Virus record (IMG/VR): IMGVR_UViG_2579778622_000013
Coordinates: 1 to 41,088 of that record
Strand: one strand, 5' to 3'
From: a virus
Taxonomy: Duplodnaviria > Heunggongvirae > Uroviricota > Caudoviricetes
DNA length: 41,088 nt
Shown here in pieces: positions 15,694 to 24,372 of the stretch; the first letter of the stretch is position 1, and every line of letters starts with the position of its first letter. Made by a program: the position numbers and the translations under genes. The notes under the pieces are model-generated. The model was not told the DNA's origin and did not search any database. It saw only the letters and a program-made list of their open reading frames with translations.

Positions 15694-17373
15694 ATGGCGG
15701 AAACAACTAAAGAGCGATTGAACAAACAGTTCGCACAACTTGAAAGCGAGCGTCAGTCGTTCGAGCCGCACTGGCGCGAGTTGAGTGATTACATCAACCC
15801 GCGTGGTTCCCGCTTTCTGACTTCTGAGGTCAACCGTAACGATCGACGCAATACACGCATTATTGATTCGACCGGGACTATGGCGGCGCGCACTCTCGCC
15901 AGCGGCATGATGTCAGGCATCACAAGCCCCGCGCGTCCGTGGTTTCGCCTGGCTACGCCAGATCCTGAAATGATGGATTATGGCCCTGTTAAGTTGTGGC
16001 TTGAGGCGGTGCAGAACCGCATGAACGATATGTTCAATAAGTCGAATCTCTATCAGTCTCTGCCGCAGTTATACGGAAGCCTCGGCACATACAGCACTGG
16101 TGCAATGGCAGTGCTGGAGGATGACGAGGACATCATTCGCACAATGCCATTCCCGATAGGCAGTTACTACCTGGCTAACTCACCTCGTGGCAGTGTGGAC
16201 ACCTGTTTTCGCAAGTTCTCTATGACTGTTCGTCAGCTTGTTCAGGAGTTCGGGCTAAATAACGTCAGCGAATCCGTAAAAAGCATGTGGGAAAGCGGCA
16301 CCTACGAGAAGTGGATTGAAGTGATGCATTCGGTTTACCCGAACATTGACCGCGATACATCGAAGCTGGATAGCAAGAACAAGCCATTCAAATCGGTTTA
16401 TTACGAGGTTGGTGGCGATAACGACAAGTTGTTGCGCGAGTCCGGATTCGATGAGTTTCCAATTATGGCTCCGCGCTGGGAAGTTAACGGCGAAGATGTT
16501 TATGGATCATCATGCCCGGGTATGCTGGCGCTTGGACCTGTTAAGGCATTGCAGCTTCTCCAGAAGCGCAAGTCGCAGTTGATTGATAAAGCCACCAATC
16601 CGCCGATGGTTGCTCCGACTTCCCTCAAGAATCAGCGTGCCTCCCTTCTTCCTGGCGACATCACGTATATCGATCAGATTACTGGTCAGGATGGTTTCAG
16701 GCCTGCTTATCTGGTTAACCCCAGTACAGCAGATTTGGTGGCAGACATTCAGGACACCCGTCAAATCATTAACAGCGCCTACTTTGTCGATCTGTTCATG
16801 ATGTTGCAGAACATCAATACCCGCTCGATGCCTGTTGAAGCGGTGATCGAAATGAAAGAAGAAAAACTTCTGATGTTGGGGCCGGTTCTGGAGCGTCTGA
16901 ACGACGAATGTCTTAATCCTCTCATTGACCGCGCTTTCTCGATGATGGTGCGTAAAAACATGCTGCCGCCACCGCCTGACGCGATGGAAGGCATTCCCCT
17001 GAAGGTCGAATACATTTCCGTCATGGCTCAGGCGCAGAAGTCTATCGGCCTGTCCAGTCTGGCGTCCACGGTTAACTTCATTGGTCAACTTGCGCAAGCG
17101 AAACCAGAAGCTCTCGACAAACTCAACGTTGATCAGGCGATCGATGCATTCGCTGATATGTCCGGAGTGTCTCCAACCGTCATTGTTCCGCAGGAACAGG
17201 TTGAGCAGGCTCGCCAGCAACGGGCACAGCAGCAACAGCAACAACAAATGATGGCGGTGGGGATGGCGGCGGCACAGGGTGCCAAGACGCTAAGCGAAGC
17301 TAAAACTTCGGATCCGAGTGTTTTGACAGCTATGGCGAATGCAGTTAGTGGTCAGGGTGGGCAATCACAATGA
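15694..17373 (+). CDS. Portal (head-to-tail connector) protein
   Basis: 559 aa, first large gene after terminase; size and position as T7 gp8. Confidence 0.8.
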   Translation: MAETTKERLNKQFAQLESERQSFEPHWRELSDYINPRGSRFLTSEVNRNDRRNTRIIDSTGTMAARTLASGMMSGITSPARPWFRLATPDPEMMDYGPVKLWLEAVQNRMNDMFNKSNLYQSLPQLYGSLGTYSTGAMAVLEDDEDIIRTMPFPIGSYYLANSPRGSVDTCFRKFSMTVRQLVQEFGLNNVSESVKSMWESGTYEKWIEVMHSVYPNIDRDTSKLDSKNKPFKSVYYEVGGDNDKLLRESGFDEFPIMAPRWEVNGEDVYGSSCPGMLALGPVKALQLLQKRKSQLIDKATNPPMVAPTSLKNQRASLLPGDITYIDQITGQDGFRPAYLVNPSTADLVADIQDTRQIINSAYFVDLFMMLQNINTRSMPVEAVIEMKEEKLLMLGPVLERLNDECLNPLIDRAFSMMVRKNMLPPPPDAMEGIPLKVEYISVMAQAQKSIGLSSLASTVNFIGQLAQAKPEALDKLNVDQAIDAFADMSGVSPTVIVPQEQVEQARQQRAQQQQQQQMMAVGMAAAQGAKTLSEAKTSDPSVLTAMANAVSGQGGQSQ

Positions 17374-17666
17374 CAGATTACGAAGACGATCAACTGAAAG
17401 AAGAAAACGCCCGTAAGCAACGTGACATGGCGCAGCGTGAAATTGATGACATTCGCTTTGTCATGAGCAGTGAACAAGGGCGTCGCGTTGTCTGGTCGGT
17501 GCTGGAGAAAGGCCGTGTGTTTTCCGCTATCTCACCGATGGACGCTATGGCAATGGCATTTAATGAGGGGCAACGCAATCTGGCGCTGGAACTGTTTCAG
17601 CGCGTTATGGCGCATTGCCCTGAACAGTATTTGAAGATGGCCAAAGAGGCCAGTGAACAGGAGTGA
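17370..17666 (+). CDS. Small head-assembly-associated protein
   Basis: 98 aa, start overlaps portal stop (ATGA). Confidence 0.5.
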   Translation: MTDYEDDQLKEENARKQRDMAQREIDDIRFVMSSEQGRRVVWSVLEKGRVFSAISPMDAMAMAFNEGQRNLALELFQRVMAHCPEQYLKMAKEASEQE

Positions 17667-17668
17667 TC

Positions 17669-18364
17669 ATGAATTTATTTGAGCGTTTGCTGTATAGCCG
17701 TCTTTGCAATGAGCAACCAGTCGATGGTGGAGCAGCTCCGGCTGCGTCAGAACCGTCAGCTCCTGCAGGTGATAACCCTGCTCCAGTTGGTGATCCATCA
17801 CAACAGGAAGGTGATAAGCCACAACCTGTTGCTGATGGCGATAAACCTGCTGATGACAAAAAGCCTGAAAACGATAAGCAGGATGAAAAAAAGGACGGCG
17901 ATAAACCAGAGGGTGCGCCTGAGAAGTACGAGTTTCAGGCTGCCGAAGGCGTAGAGCTGGATACAGAAGCGTTGAAGGAATTCGAGCCGGTGGCGCGAGA
18001 ACTTAACCTGACCAACGAGCAAGCGCAAAAGCTGGTTGATGCTTATCCGAAGATTCTGGCAGGTGTTCAGCAGCGCCAGGCAGAAGCCTGGCAGAAAACA
18101 ACCGAGCAGTGGGCTGCGGATGTAAAAGCTGACAAAGAAATCGGTGGCGACAAGTTGATTTCTAACCTTAGCGCCGCACAGCGTGCGCTTGACCAGTTCG
18201 GGACACCTGAACTCAAAGAATATCTGAACACCACCGGGCTGGGTAATCACCCTGATCTGGTCAAAACGTTCGTGAAAATCGGAAAGGCGATGTCTGAAGA
18301 TGGCATGGTCACCGGTGGTAATGAAGGCCAGCGTAGTGCGGCCGAAGTGCTCTATGGCAAATAA
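17669..18364 (+). CDS. Scaffolding protein
   Basis: Acidic, Pro/Ala/Asp/Lys-rich low-complexity N-terminal half, helical C-terminal half; between portal and capsid; ACAGGAG RBS. Confidence 0.6.
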   Translation: MNLFERLLYSRLCNEQPVDGGAAPAASEPSAPAGDNPAPVGDPSQQEGDKPQPVADGDKPADDKKPENDKQDEKKDGDKPEGAPEKYEFQAAEGVELDTEALKEFEPVARELNLTNEQAQKLVDAYPKILAGVQQRQAEAWQKTTEQWAADVKADKEIGGDKLISNLSAAQRALDQFGTPELKEYLNTTGLGNHPDLVKTFVKIGKAMSEDGMVTGGNEGQRSAAEVLYGK

Positions 18365-18372
18365 GAGAGGAA

Positions 18373-19365
18373 ATGACAATGGCTGTTAAAGGCTTAACTG
18401 CGCTAACGCTGGCTGACTGGGGTAAGCGCGTCGATCCAAACGGGAAAGTCGATAAGATTATCGAGCTTCTCAGTCAAACCAACCCAATCCTTCAGGATAT
18501 GCCTTTTGTTGAAGGAAACCTTCCTACCGGACACCGAACCACCATTCGTTCTGGTTTGCCTTCCGCTACTTGGCGTTTGCTGAACTATGGCGTACAACCG
18601 AGCAAATCAACAACGGTGCAGGTCACTGATTCCATTGGCATGCTGGAAACCTATGCTGAAGTCGATAAGTCTCTGGCTGATCTGAACGGTAATACTGCCG
18701 AATTCCGCCTGTCTGAAGACCGAGCATTTATTGAAGCGATGAATCAGGCGATGGCGCAGACGCTGTTTTACGGTGATTCCAGCGTTAACCCTCAGCAGTT
18801 TATGGGACTGTCCTCCCGCTATTCCAGCCTGTCTGCGGGTAATGCTCAGAACATCATTGATGCTGGTGGCACGGGTACAGATAACACTTCAATCTGGTTA
18901 GTGGTGTGGGGCGAAAACACCGTGCATGGCATCTTCCCGAAAGGGCAGAAGGCTGGCATCCAGATGGAAGATAAAGGCCAGGTGACACTGGAAGATGCTA
19001 ATGGCGGCAAGTACGAAGGTTATCGTACCCATTATAAGTGGGACAACGGGCTGACATTGCGTGACTGGCGCTATGTTGTTCGCATTGCAAACATCGATGT
19101 CAGCAATCTTGACGCTCCTTCTACTGCTGCGAATATCGCAAAACTGATGATTCGTGCCCTTCATCGAATCCCAAATCGTGGGATGGGACGTCCTATTTTC
19201 TACATGAACAGAACCATTAACGAAGTGCTTGACCTGCAATCTCTGGAGAAGAGTTCTCTGGCGATCAGCGTGAAAGAGACAGAAGGCGAATGGTGGACAG
19301 AACTTCGTGGTGTGCCGATTCGCGAAACTGACGCACTTCTGGAAACAGAAGCCCGCGTGGTGTAA
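18373..19365 (+). CDS. Major capsid protein
   Basis: 330 aa directly after scaffold; start may be ATG 18379. Confidence 0.8.
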   Translation: MTMAVKGLTALTLADWGKRVDPNGKVDKIIELLSQTNPILQDMPFVEGNLPTGHRTTIRSGLPSATWRLLNYGVQPSKSTTVQVTDSIGMLETYAEVDKSLADLNGNTAEFRLSEDRAFIEAMNQAMAQTLFYGDSSVNPQQFMGLSSRYSSLSAGNAQNIIDAGGTGTDNTSIWLVVWGENTVHGIFPKGQKAGIQMEDKGQVTLEDANGGKYEGYRTHYKWDNGLTLRDWRYVVRIANIDVSNLDAPSTAANIAKLMIRALHRIPNRGMGRPIFYMNRTINEVLDLQSLEKSSLAISVKETEGEWWTELRGVPIRETDALLETEARVV

Positions 19366-19416
19366 CGCCTGTTATTAACCTGTGGGTCGTAACAGACCCA
19401 CTAATGGAGAAAGAAG

Positions 19417-19854
19417 ATGATCACCGACAAACTGTTGATGTTCTCCGAAGCTCAGGCGGTTACGAATACCGCGGCTTCTACTGACGTAATCGATCTCGGT
19501 CCAATTGACGGAAAACGTCGTGATATCGGCGTGGGTTACCCGCTTGAGTTTTGGGCGCTGGTTAACGCAGCCGCCGCGGCAAGCGGTGATGCAACTGTAA
19601 ACATCCAGTTGCAGACGAGTGAGAATAACAGCTCATGGACCACTATTTATGATAGTGGCGCACTGGCAAAGACCGCCCTGACAGCAGGTAAACGAGTTGT
19701 TTCTGCAAAGGTGCCTGCCGGTGTTCAGCGATATCTGCGTGTTAACTACTCCGTCGCAACTGGCCCACTAACGGCTGGCAAATTCACTGCGGGTATCAGT
19801 CTGGATGTTGATGCCAATACGCCGTACCCGATCCGCTCAAAAGTAACTGGTTAA
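19417..19854 (+). CDS. Capsid-associated (decoration-like) protein
   Basis: 145 aa, Ala/Thr/Gly-rich, directly after capsid gene; GGAGA RBS. Confidence 0.45.
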   Translation: MITDKLLMFSEAQAVTNTAASTDVIDLGPIDGKRRDIGVGYPLEFWALVNAAAAASGDATVNIQLQTSENNSSWTTIYDSGALAKTALTAGKRVVSAKVPAGVQRYLRVNYSVATGPLTAGKFTAGISLDVDANTPYPIRSKVTG

Positions 19855-19864
19855 GGTGATATCG

Positions 19865-20200
19865 ATGTCAGGTGAGAAACCAAGATACCGCGTTCTGCGC
19901 CTCTCTCATATCCATAACACTCTGTGGCCGGAGGGGGCAGAAATCGAATACGAAGGTGAGCCTGGTAGCGCACTGGAACCTGTTAACGATGCAGCCAGAC
20001 AGGCAAAAGCAAAAGTTGCAGGAAAGGTGTCAATGGCAGCAACCAGCACCAAAATCATCAACGATGTGTCAGATGATGGTGAACTGGATAAGCTCCGTGA
20101 AGAGTACGAATTGCTCTTTAACGAGAAGCCACACCATAACGCCAAAGCCGAAACTCTCCGCGAGAAGATCGCAGATAAGCGTAAAGAACTGGGCGTGTAA
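19865..20200 (+). CDS. Hypothetical virion-module protein
   Basis: ATG 19865 five nt after TAAGGTGA RBS. Confidence 0.5.
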   Translation: MSGEKPRYRVLRLSHIHNTLWPEGAEIEYEGEPGSALEPVNDAARQAKAKVAGKVSMAATSTKIINDVSDDGELDKLREEYELLFNEKPHHNAKAETLREKIADKRKELGV

Positions 20201-20217
20201 GCCTCGCGAATCAGACA

Positions 20218-20238
20218 AGGGGCTTCGGCCCCTTTATT
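20218..20238 (+). terminator. Intrinsic terminator between head and tail gene blocks
   Basis: AGGGGC-TTCG-GCCCCT hairpin then TTATT. Confidence 0.5.
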
Positions 20239-20256
20239 GCAGGAGTATAGAAACTT

Positions 20257-20862
20257 ATGGCCTCTGTAGTAGAGATCTGCAATCGTGCGCTGTCCAATAT
20301 TGGCAACAGCCGCAGTATTAACAGCCTGACGGAAGCCAGCAAGGAAGCGGGGGAATGTTCGCTGCACTTTGAGGCCTGCCGTGATGCTGTGCTTTCTGAT
20401 TTTGACTGGAACTTTGCTACCAAACGCGTGGCGCTTGCAGATACGAGCAATCCGCCGCCAGACTGGGAATACGCATACCAGTACCCGTCCGATTGTCTGC
20501 GCATTACTGAAATTATGCTTCCTGGTGTACGCAATCCAACAGCAGCAATGCGCGTTCAGTACGAAGTTGGTGCAGACACCGACGGAACAGGAAAGTTGAT
20601 CTACACAGACCAGCCTCAGGCATGGCTCAAGTATGTCTCTCGCGTTACAGATGTGAACATGTTTGATGCCATTTTTATGGAGGCGTTGGCCTGGCGTCTT
20701 GCGGCAGCTATTAACATGGCGCTGACTGGGAATGCAGACCTCGGTACGTTTGCCCTCAATATGTACAATCGCGTGATTCTTAGTGCTGGCTCGCATAGCC
20801 AGAATGAATCACAGGAACCACAGCCACCGGTTGACGAGTTTACCATTGCGAGGTTGTCCTGA
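20257..20862 (+). CDS. Tail tubular protein A-like (adaptor), by synteny with T7 gp11
   Basis: 201 aa, immediately upstream of an 823-aa protein, mirroring T7 gp11 (196 aa) / gp12 (794 aa). Confidence 0.45.
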   Translation: MASVVEICNRALSNIGNSRSINSLTEASKEAGECSLHFEACRDAVLSDFDWNFATKRVALADTSNPPPDWEYAYQYPSDCLRITEIMLPGVRNPTAAMRVQYEVGADTDGTGKLIYTDQPQAWLKYVSRVTDVNMFDAIFMEALAWRLAAAINMALTGNADLGTFALNMYNRVILSAGSHSQNESQEPQPPVDEFTIARLS

Positions 20863-23333
20863 TGGCTATCAGTTGGATCCAGCCCAGCTTTGCCGGTGGT
20901 GAGATTGGACCATCGTTGTACGGTCGTATCGACATGGCGAAGTACCAGGTGGCATTGCGCAAGTGCGATAACTTTATCGTGCGGCAGTATGGCGGCGTTG
21001 AGAATCGACCTGGTACGCGTTTTGTTGGTGCCGCCAAATACCCAAATCGGAAATGCCGCCTGATCCCGTTCCAGTTCTCGACGGTTCAGACTTATGCTCT
21101 GGAGTTCGGACACCAGTACATGCGCGTTATCAAAGATGGTGCGTTGGTGCTGAACAGCAGCAATGTTATTTATGAAATTGCCACGCCATATACTGAAGCC
21201 GATCTGTTCCGAATTAAATTTACGCAAAGCGCCGACGTGCTTACGCTGGTTCACCCGGCATACCCGCCGAAAGAGTTGCGCCGCTATGCGCATGACAACT
21301 GGCAACTGGTTGATGTGGTAACGAAGAACGGGCCATTTGAAGATATCAATATTGACGAGTCAGTGACGGTTTATGCCAGCGCCAGCACCGGGACAATTAC
21401 GTTAACGGCAAGCGCCTCTATTTTTGGCGCGGAGCAGGTAGGCAAATTGTTCTATCTGGAACAGCCTGCAGTGGATTCAGTGCCGGTATGGGAAACCAGT
21501 AAGAGTACGTCGATTGGCGATATTCGCCGTGCAGACAGTAACTACTATCGCGCCGTTACAGCAGGCAAAACAGGCACTTTGCGCCCTTCGCATACAGAAG
21601 GCACATCATGGGATGGCTGGGGCGGATCCGGTGATGATGATACTGGCATTGAGTGGGAGTATCTGCACAGTGGTTTTGGCATTGCCCGTATCACTGCTGT
21701 AAACGGCACTACTGCAACTGCCGAGGTGATTTCCTATATCCCTTCGCAGGTCGTTGGCGAGGATAATGCCAGCTATAAATGGGCTAAATATGCCTGGAAC
21801 AGTGTTAATGGTTATCCTGGCACTGTTGTTTATTATCAACAACGTCTTTACTTCGCCGCATCGACTGCGTTCCCTCAGACTATCTGGGCCAGCCGTACCG
21901 GGGATTATAAGGATTTTGGCAAAAGCAATCCTACGCAGGATGACGACAGAATTATCTACACCTATGCCGGGCGTCAGGTTAATGAGATCCGTCACCTGAT
22001 TGATGTTGGTTCGCTGGTGGCGCTGACTTCCGGAGGTGAGTACGTCATCACCGGCGACCAGAACAAAGTGCTTACCCCATCATCATTTGCATTCAGCTCT
22101 CAGGGATCAAATGGCTCGAGCAATGTCCCACCAATTGCCGTGGCGAATATTGCTCTGTTCGTCCAGGAGAAAGGCAGTGTTGTCCGTGATCTCGCCTACT
22201 CATTCGATGTTGACGGCTATCAGGGGAACGACCTTACTATCCTTGCCAATCATCTTTTTCAGAAGCACAGCATTGTTGACTGGTGCTTCTCAATAGTCCC
22301 TTACTCCAGCGCCTTCTGCATCCGTGATGACGGTAAATTACTGGTGATGACCTATTTGCGTGATCAGCAGGTTTTTGCATGGGCACCACAATCCAGTACC
22401 GGAAAATATGAAAGCACATGCAGTATCAGCGAAGGCAATGAAGATGCGGTGTATTTCGTCGTTAACCGAACCGTTAACGGGCAAACAGTGAGATACATCG
22501 AGCGACTGTCCAGCCGTTTATTTACCAGCGATGAAGATGCTTTCTTTGTTGATTCTGGCCTTAGCTATGATGGAAGAAATACGTCTGACAGAACGATGAT
22601 CATCACTGGTGGTTCTGGCGAATGGGATTACCGCGCGGAATATACAATCAGTGTTTCTGGTGGTGCGTACTTCACCAGTAGTGATGTCGGCGCGCAACTA
22701 CAGTTCCCTTATACCGGAACTGATCCTGATACTGGCGATGAGGTGTCAAAAGAATTACGTTGCGACATTATTTCTGTAACCAGTAATACCGCTGTAGTGG
22801 TTCGTGCTAACAGGAACGTCCCGCCATCCCTCAGGAATGTGGCCACCACGAACTGGCAGATGGCGCGCCGGACATTTGGAGGCCTGTCTCATCTTGAAGG
22901 CCAGACCGTAAACATTCTCTCTGATGCGAACGTGGAACCACAGAAAGTGGTTTCCGGAGGTGCCGTCACGCTGGAATCTCCGGGGGCTGTAGTGCACATC
23001 GGCCTGCCAATAACTGCTGAATTCGAAACACTGGATATCAACATTAACGGACAGGAAACGCTGCTGGACAAAAAACAGGTGATCCCCTCCGTTACTCTGG
23101 TTGTGAATGCCAGTCGCGGCATCTGGGCGACTACGCCCGGCGGTAAATGGTACGAATATCCACAGCGTGAATTCGAGTTCTACGATGATCCTGTTGATGA
23201 TGCTACCGGAAAAGTAGAAGTGAAACTGGACAGTAACTGGGGCAAAAACGGGCGTGTAAAAATCCGTCAGCTTGATCCGTTGCCGCTGTCTGTTCTTGCC
23301 GTTATTCCTCGCCTTACTGTTGGGGGATTCTGA
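20862..23333 (+). CDS. Tail tubular protein B-like (nozzle), by synteny with T7 gp12
   Basis: 823 aa; size and position. Confidence 0.55.
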   Translation: MAISWIQPSFAGGEIGPSLYGRIDMAKYQVALRKCDNFIVRQYGGVENRPGTRFVGAAKYPNRKCRLIPFQFSTVQTYALEFGHQYMRVIKDGALVLNSSNVIYEIATPYTEADLFRIKFTQSADVLTLVHPAYPPKELRRYAHDNWQLVDVVTKNGPFEDINIDESVTVYASASTGTITLTASASIFGAEQVGKLFYLEQPAVDSVPVWETSKSTSIGDIRRADSNYYRAVTAGKTGTLRPSHTEGTSWDGWGGSGDDDTGIEWEYLHSGFGIARITAVNGTTATAEVISYIPSQVVGEDNASYKWAKYAWNSVNGYPGTVVYYQQRLYFAASTAFPQTIWASRTGDYKDFGKSNPTQDDDRIIYTYAGRQVNEIRHLIDVGSLVALTSGGEYVITGDQNKVLTPSSFAFSSQGSNGSSNVPPIAVANIALFVQEKGSVVRDLAYSFDVDGYQGNDLTILANHLFQKHSIVDWCFSIVPYSSAFCIRDDGKLLVMTYLRDQQVFAWAPQSSTGKYESTCSISEGNEDAVYFVVNRTVNGQTVRYIERLSSRLFTSDEDAFFVDSGLSYDGRNTSDRTMIITGGSGEWDYRAEYTISVSGGAYFTSSDVGAQLQFPYTGTDPDTGDEVSKELRCDIISVTSNTAVVVRANRNVPPSLRNVATTNWQMARRTFGGLSHLEGQTVNILSDANVEPQKVVSGGAVTLESPGAVVHIGLPITAEFETLDININGQETLLDKKQVIPSVTLVVNASRGIWATTPGGKWYEYPQREFEFYDDPVDDATGKVEVKLDSNWGKNGRVKIRQLDPLPLSVLAVIPRLTVGGF

Positions 23334-23797
23334 TGATCGATGTTCAAATTATTCCCGCAACCGAAGAGCATCTTCAGATGATTTTGCCGGATGTTCGTCA
23401 GGCTGATATTGACGAACTGTATGCGGTATCACTGATGACTACCGAAGATGCGCTGCGTGTTGGTCTGCGTACTGCGACTATGGCCTGGTCAGGATTTGCG
23501 AACGGAGAACTGGTAACCATGTTTGGCGTATCTCCGGCGTCAATGATCGGTGGCAATGGTACGCCCTGGCTGGTAGGAACCAGCCGTATTGAAAAATATC
23601 AGAAGACATTTCTTCGCCACTGCCGCCCTGTATTGCAGCAGATGCTGGCAGTTTATCCGCGCCTGGAAAACTATGTCGACGAGCGAAACCATGTTGCCAA
23701 AGCATGGCTGCACTGGCTTGGATTCAGGCTTGAAGAAGCCGCGCCTTATGGTGCTCTTGGTCTTAATTTCCACAGATTTCACATGGAGAGAAAATAA
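23333..23797 (+). CDS. Internal virion protein (gp13-like by position)
   Basis: 154 aa, overlapping start/stop coupling. Confidence 0.45.
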   Translation: MIDVQIIPATEEHLQMILPDVRQADIDELYAVSLMTTEDALRVGLRTATMAWSGFANGELVTMFGVSPASMIGGNGTPWLVGTSRIEKYQKTFLRHCRPVLQQMLAVYPRLENYVDERNHVAKAWLHWLGFRLEEAAPYGALGLNFHRFHMERK

Positions 23798-24372
23798 TGT
23801 GCGATCCGGTTATTGCTGGTGGCGCAATGCTCGCCATGAGTGGCATTCAGGCATACACCCAGTACCAACAGGGAAAGTATGCCTCGAAGGTTGCAGAAGC
23901 GAACGCAGATATAGCCACAGCTCAGGCAAATGATGCAATAAACAGGGGTAACGCTGAAGCTGAGCAACGGCGCAGAGAGACCCGACAGCGGCTTGGTACA
24001 CAGGCGGCGACAATGGGGGCTACCGGCGCTGATTTATCTACCGGTAACGCGCTGGATATATTTGGCGACACTGCCCAGTTTGGCGCTCTTGATTCGCTGA
24101 CGACGGTGAATAACGCGCAACGCGAGGCTTACGGTTATCAGGTTCAGGCTGCCAACTATAAAGCAGAAGCCAGTTCAGCCCGTAAACAGGGGAATGTAGG
24201 AGCAGCAACAACATTGCTCACTGCGCCTCTGAAGGCATACGGTGCGTACCAGATGTTTGGTGGGACGTGGAGTCCGTTCTCTAAAGGAAGTACATCTAGT
24301 GGTGGGACGCCAATGTTATCTAACTCAGGTTTTATGAATTCTGACTCCCGATTCAAAATAGGAGGTTACTGA
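23797..24372 (+). CDS. Internal virion protein (gp14-like by position)
   Basis: 191 aa, Ala/Gly/Gln-rich. Confidence 0.45.
   Translation: MCDPVIAGGAMLAMSGIQAYTQYQQGKYASKVAEANADIATAQANDAINRGNAEAEQRRRETRQRLGTQAATMGATGADLSTGNALDIFGDTAQFGALDSLTTVNNAQREAYGYQVQAANYKAEASSARKQGNVGAATTLLTAPLKAYGAYQMFGGTWSPFSKGSTSSGGTPMLSNSGFMNSDSRFKIGGY

Noticed and set aside
16510-17247. 245-aa ORF antisense to the portal gene
   Set aside because: Lies entirely inside the portal gene on the opposite strand; Leu/Arg/His-rich composition typical of antisense frames.
17798-18379. 193-aa ORF antisense to the scaffold gene
   Set aside because: Antisense of a low-complexity coding region.
19906-20796. 296-aa ORF antisense to two virion genes
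   Set aside because: Spans two plus-strand genes and their intergenic terminator; Cys/Arg/Ser-rich junk composition; plus-strand genes fit the operon structure.
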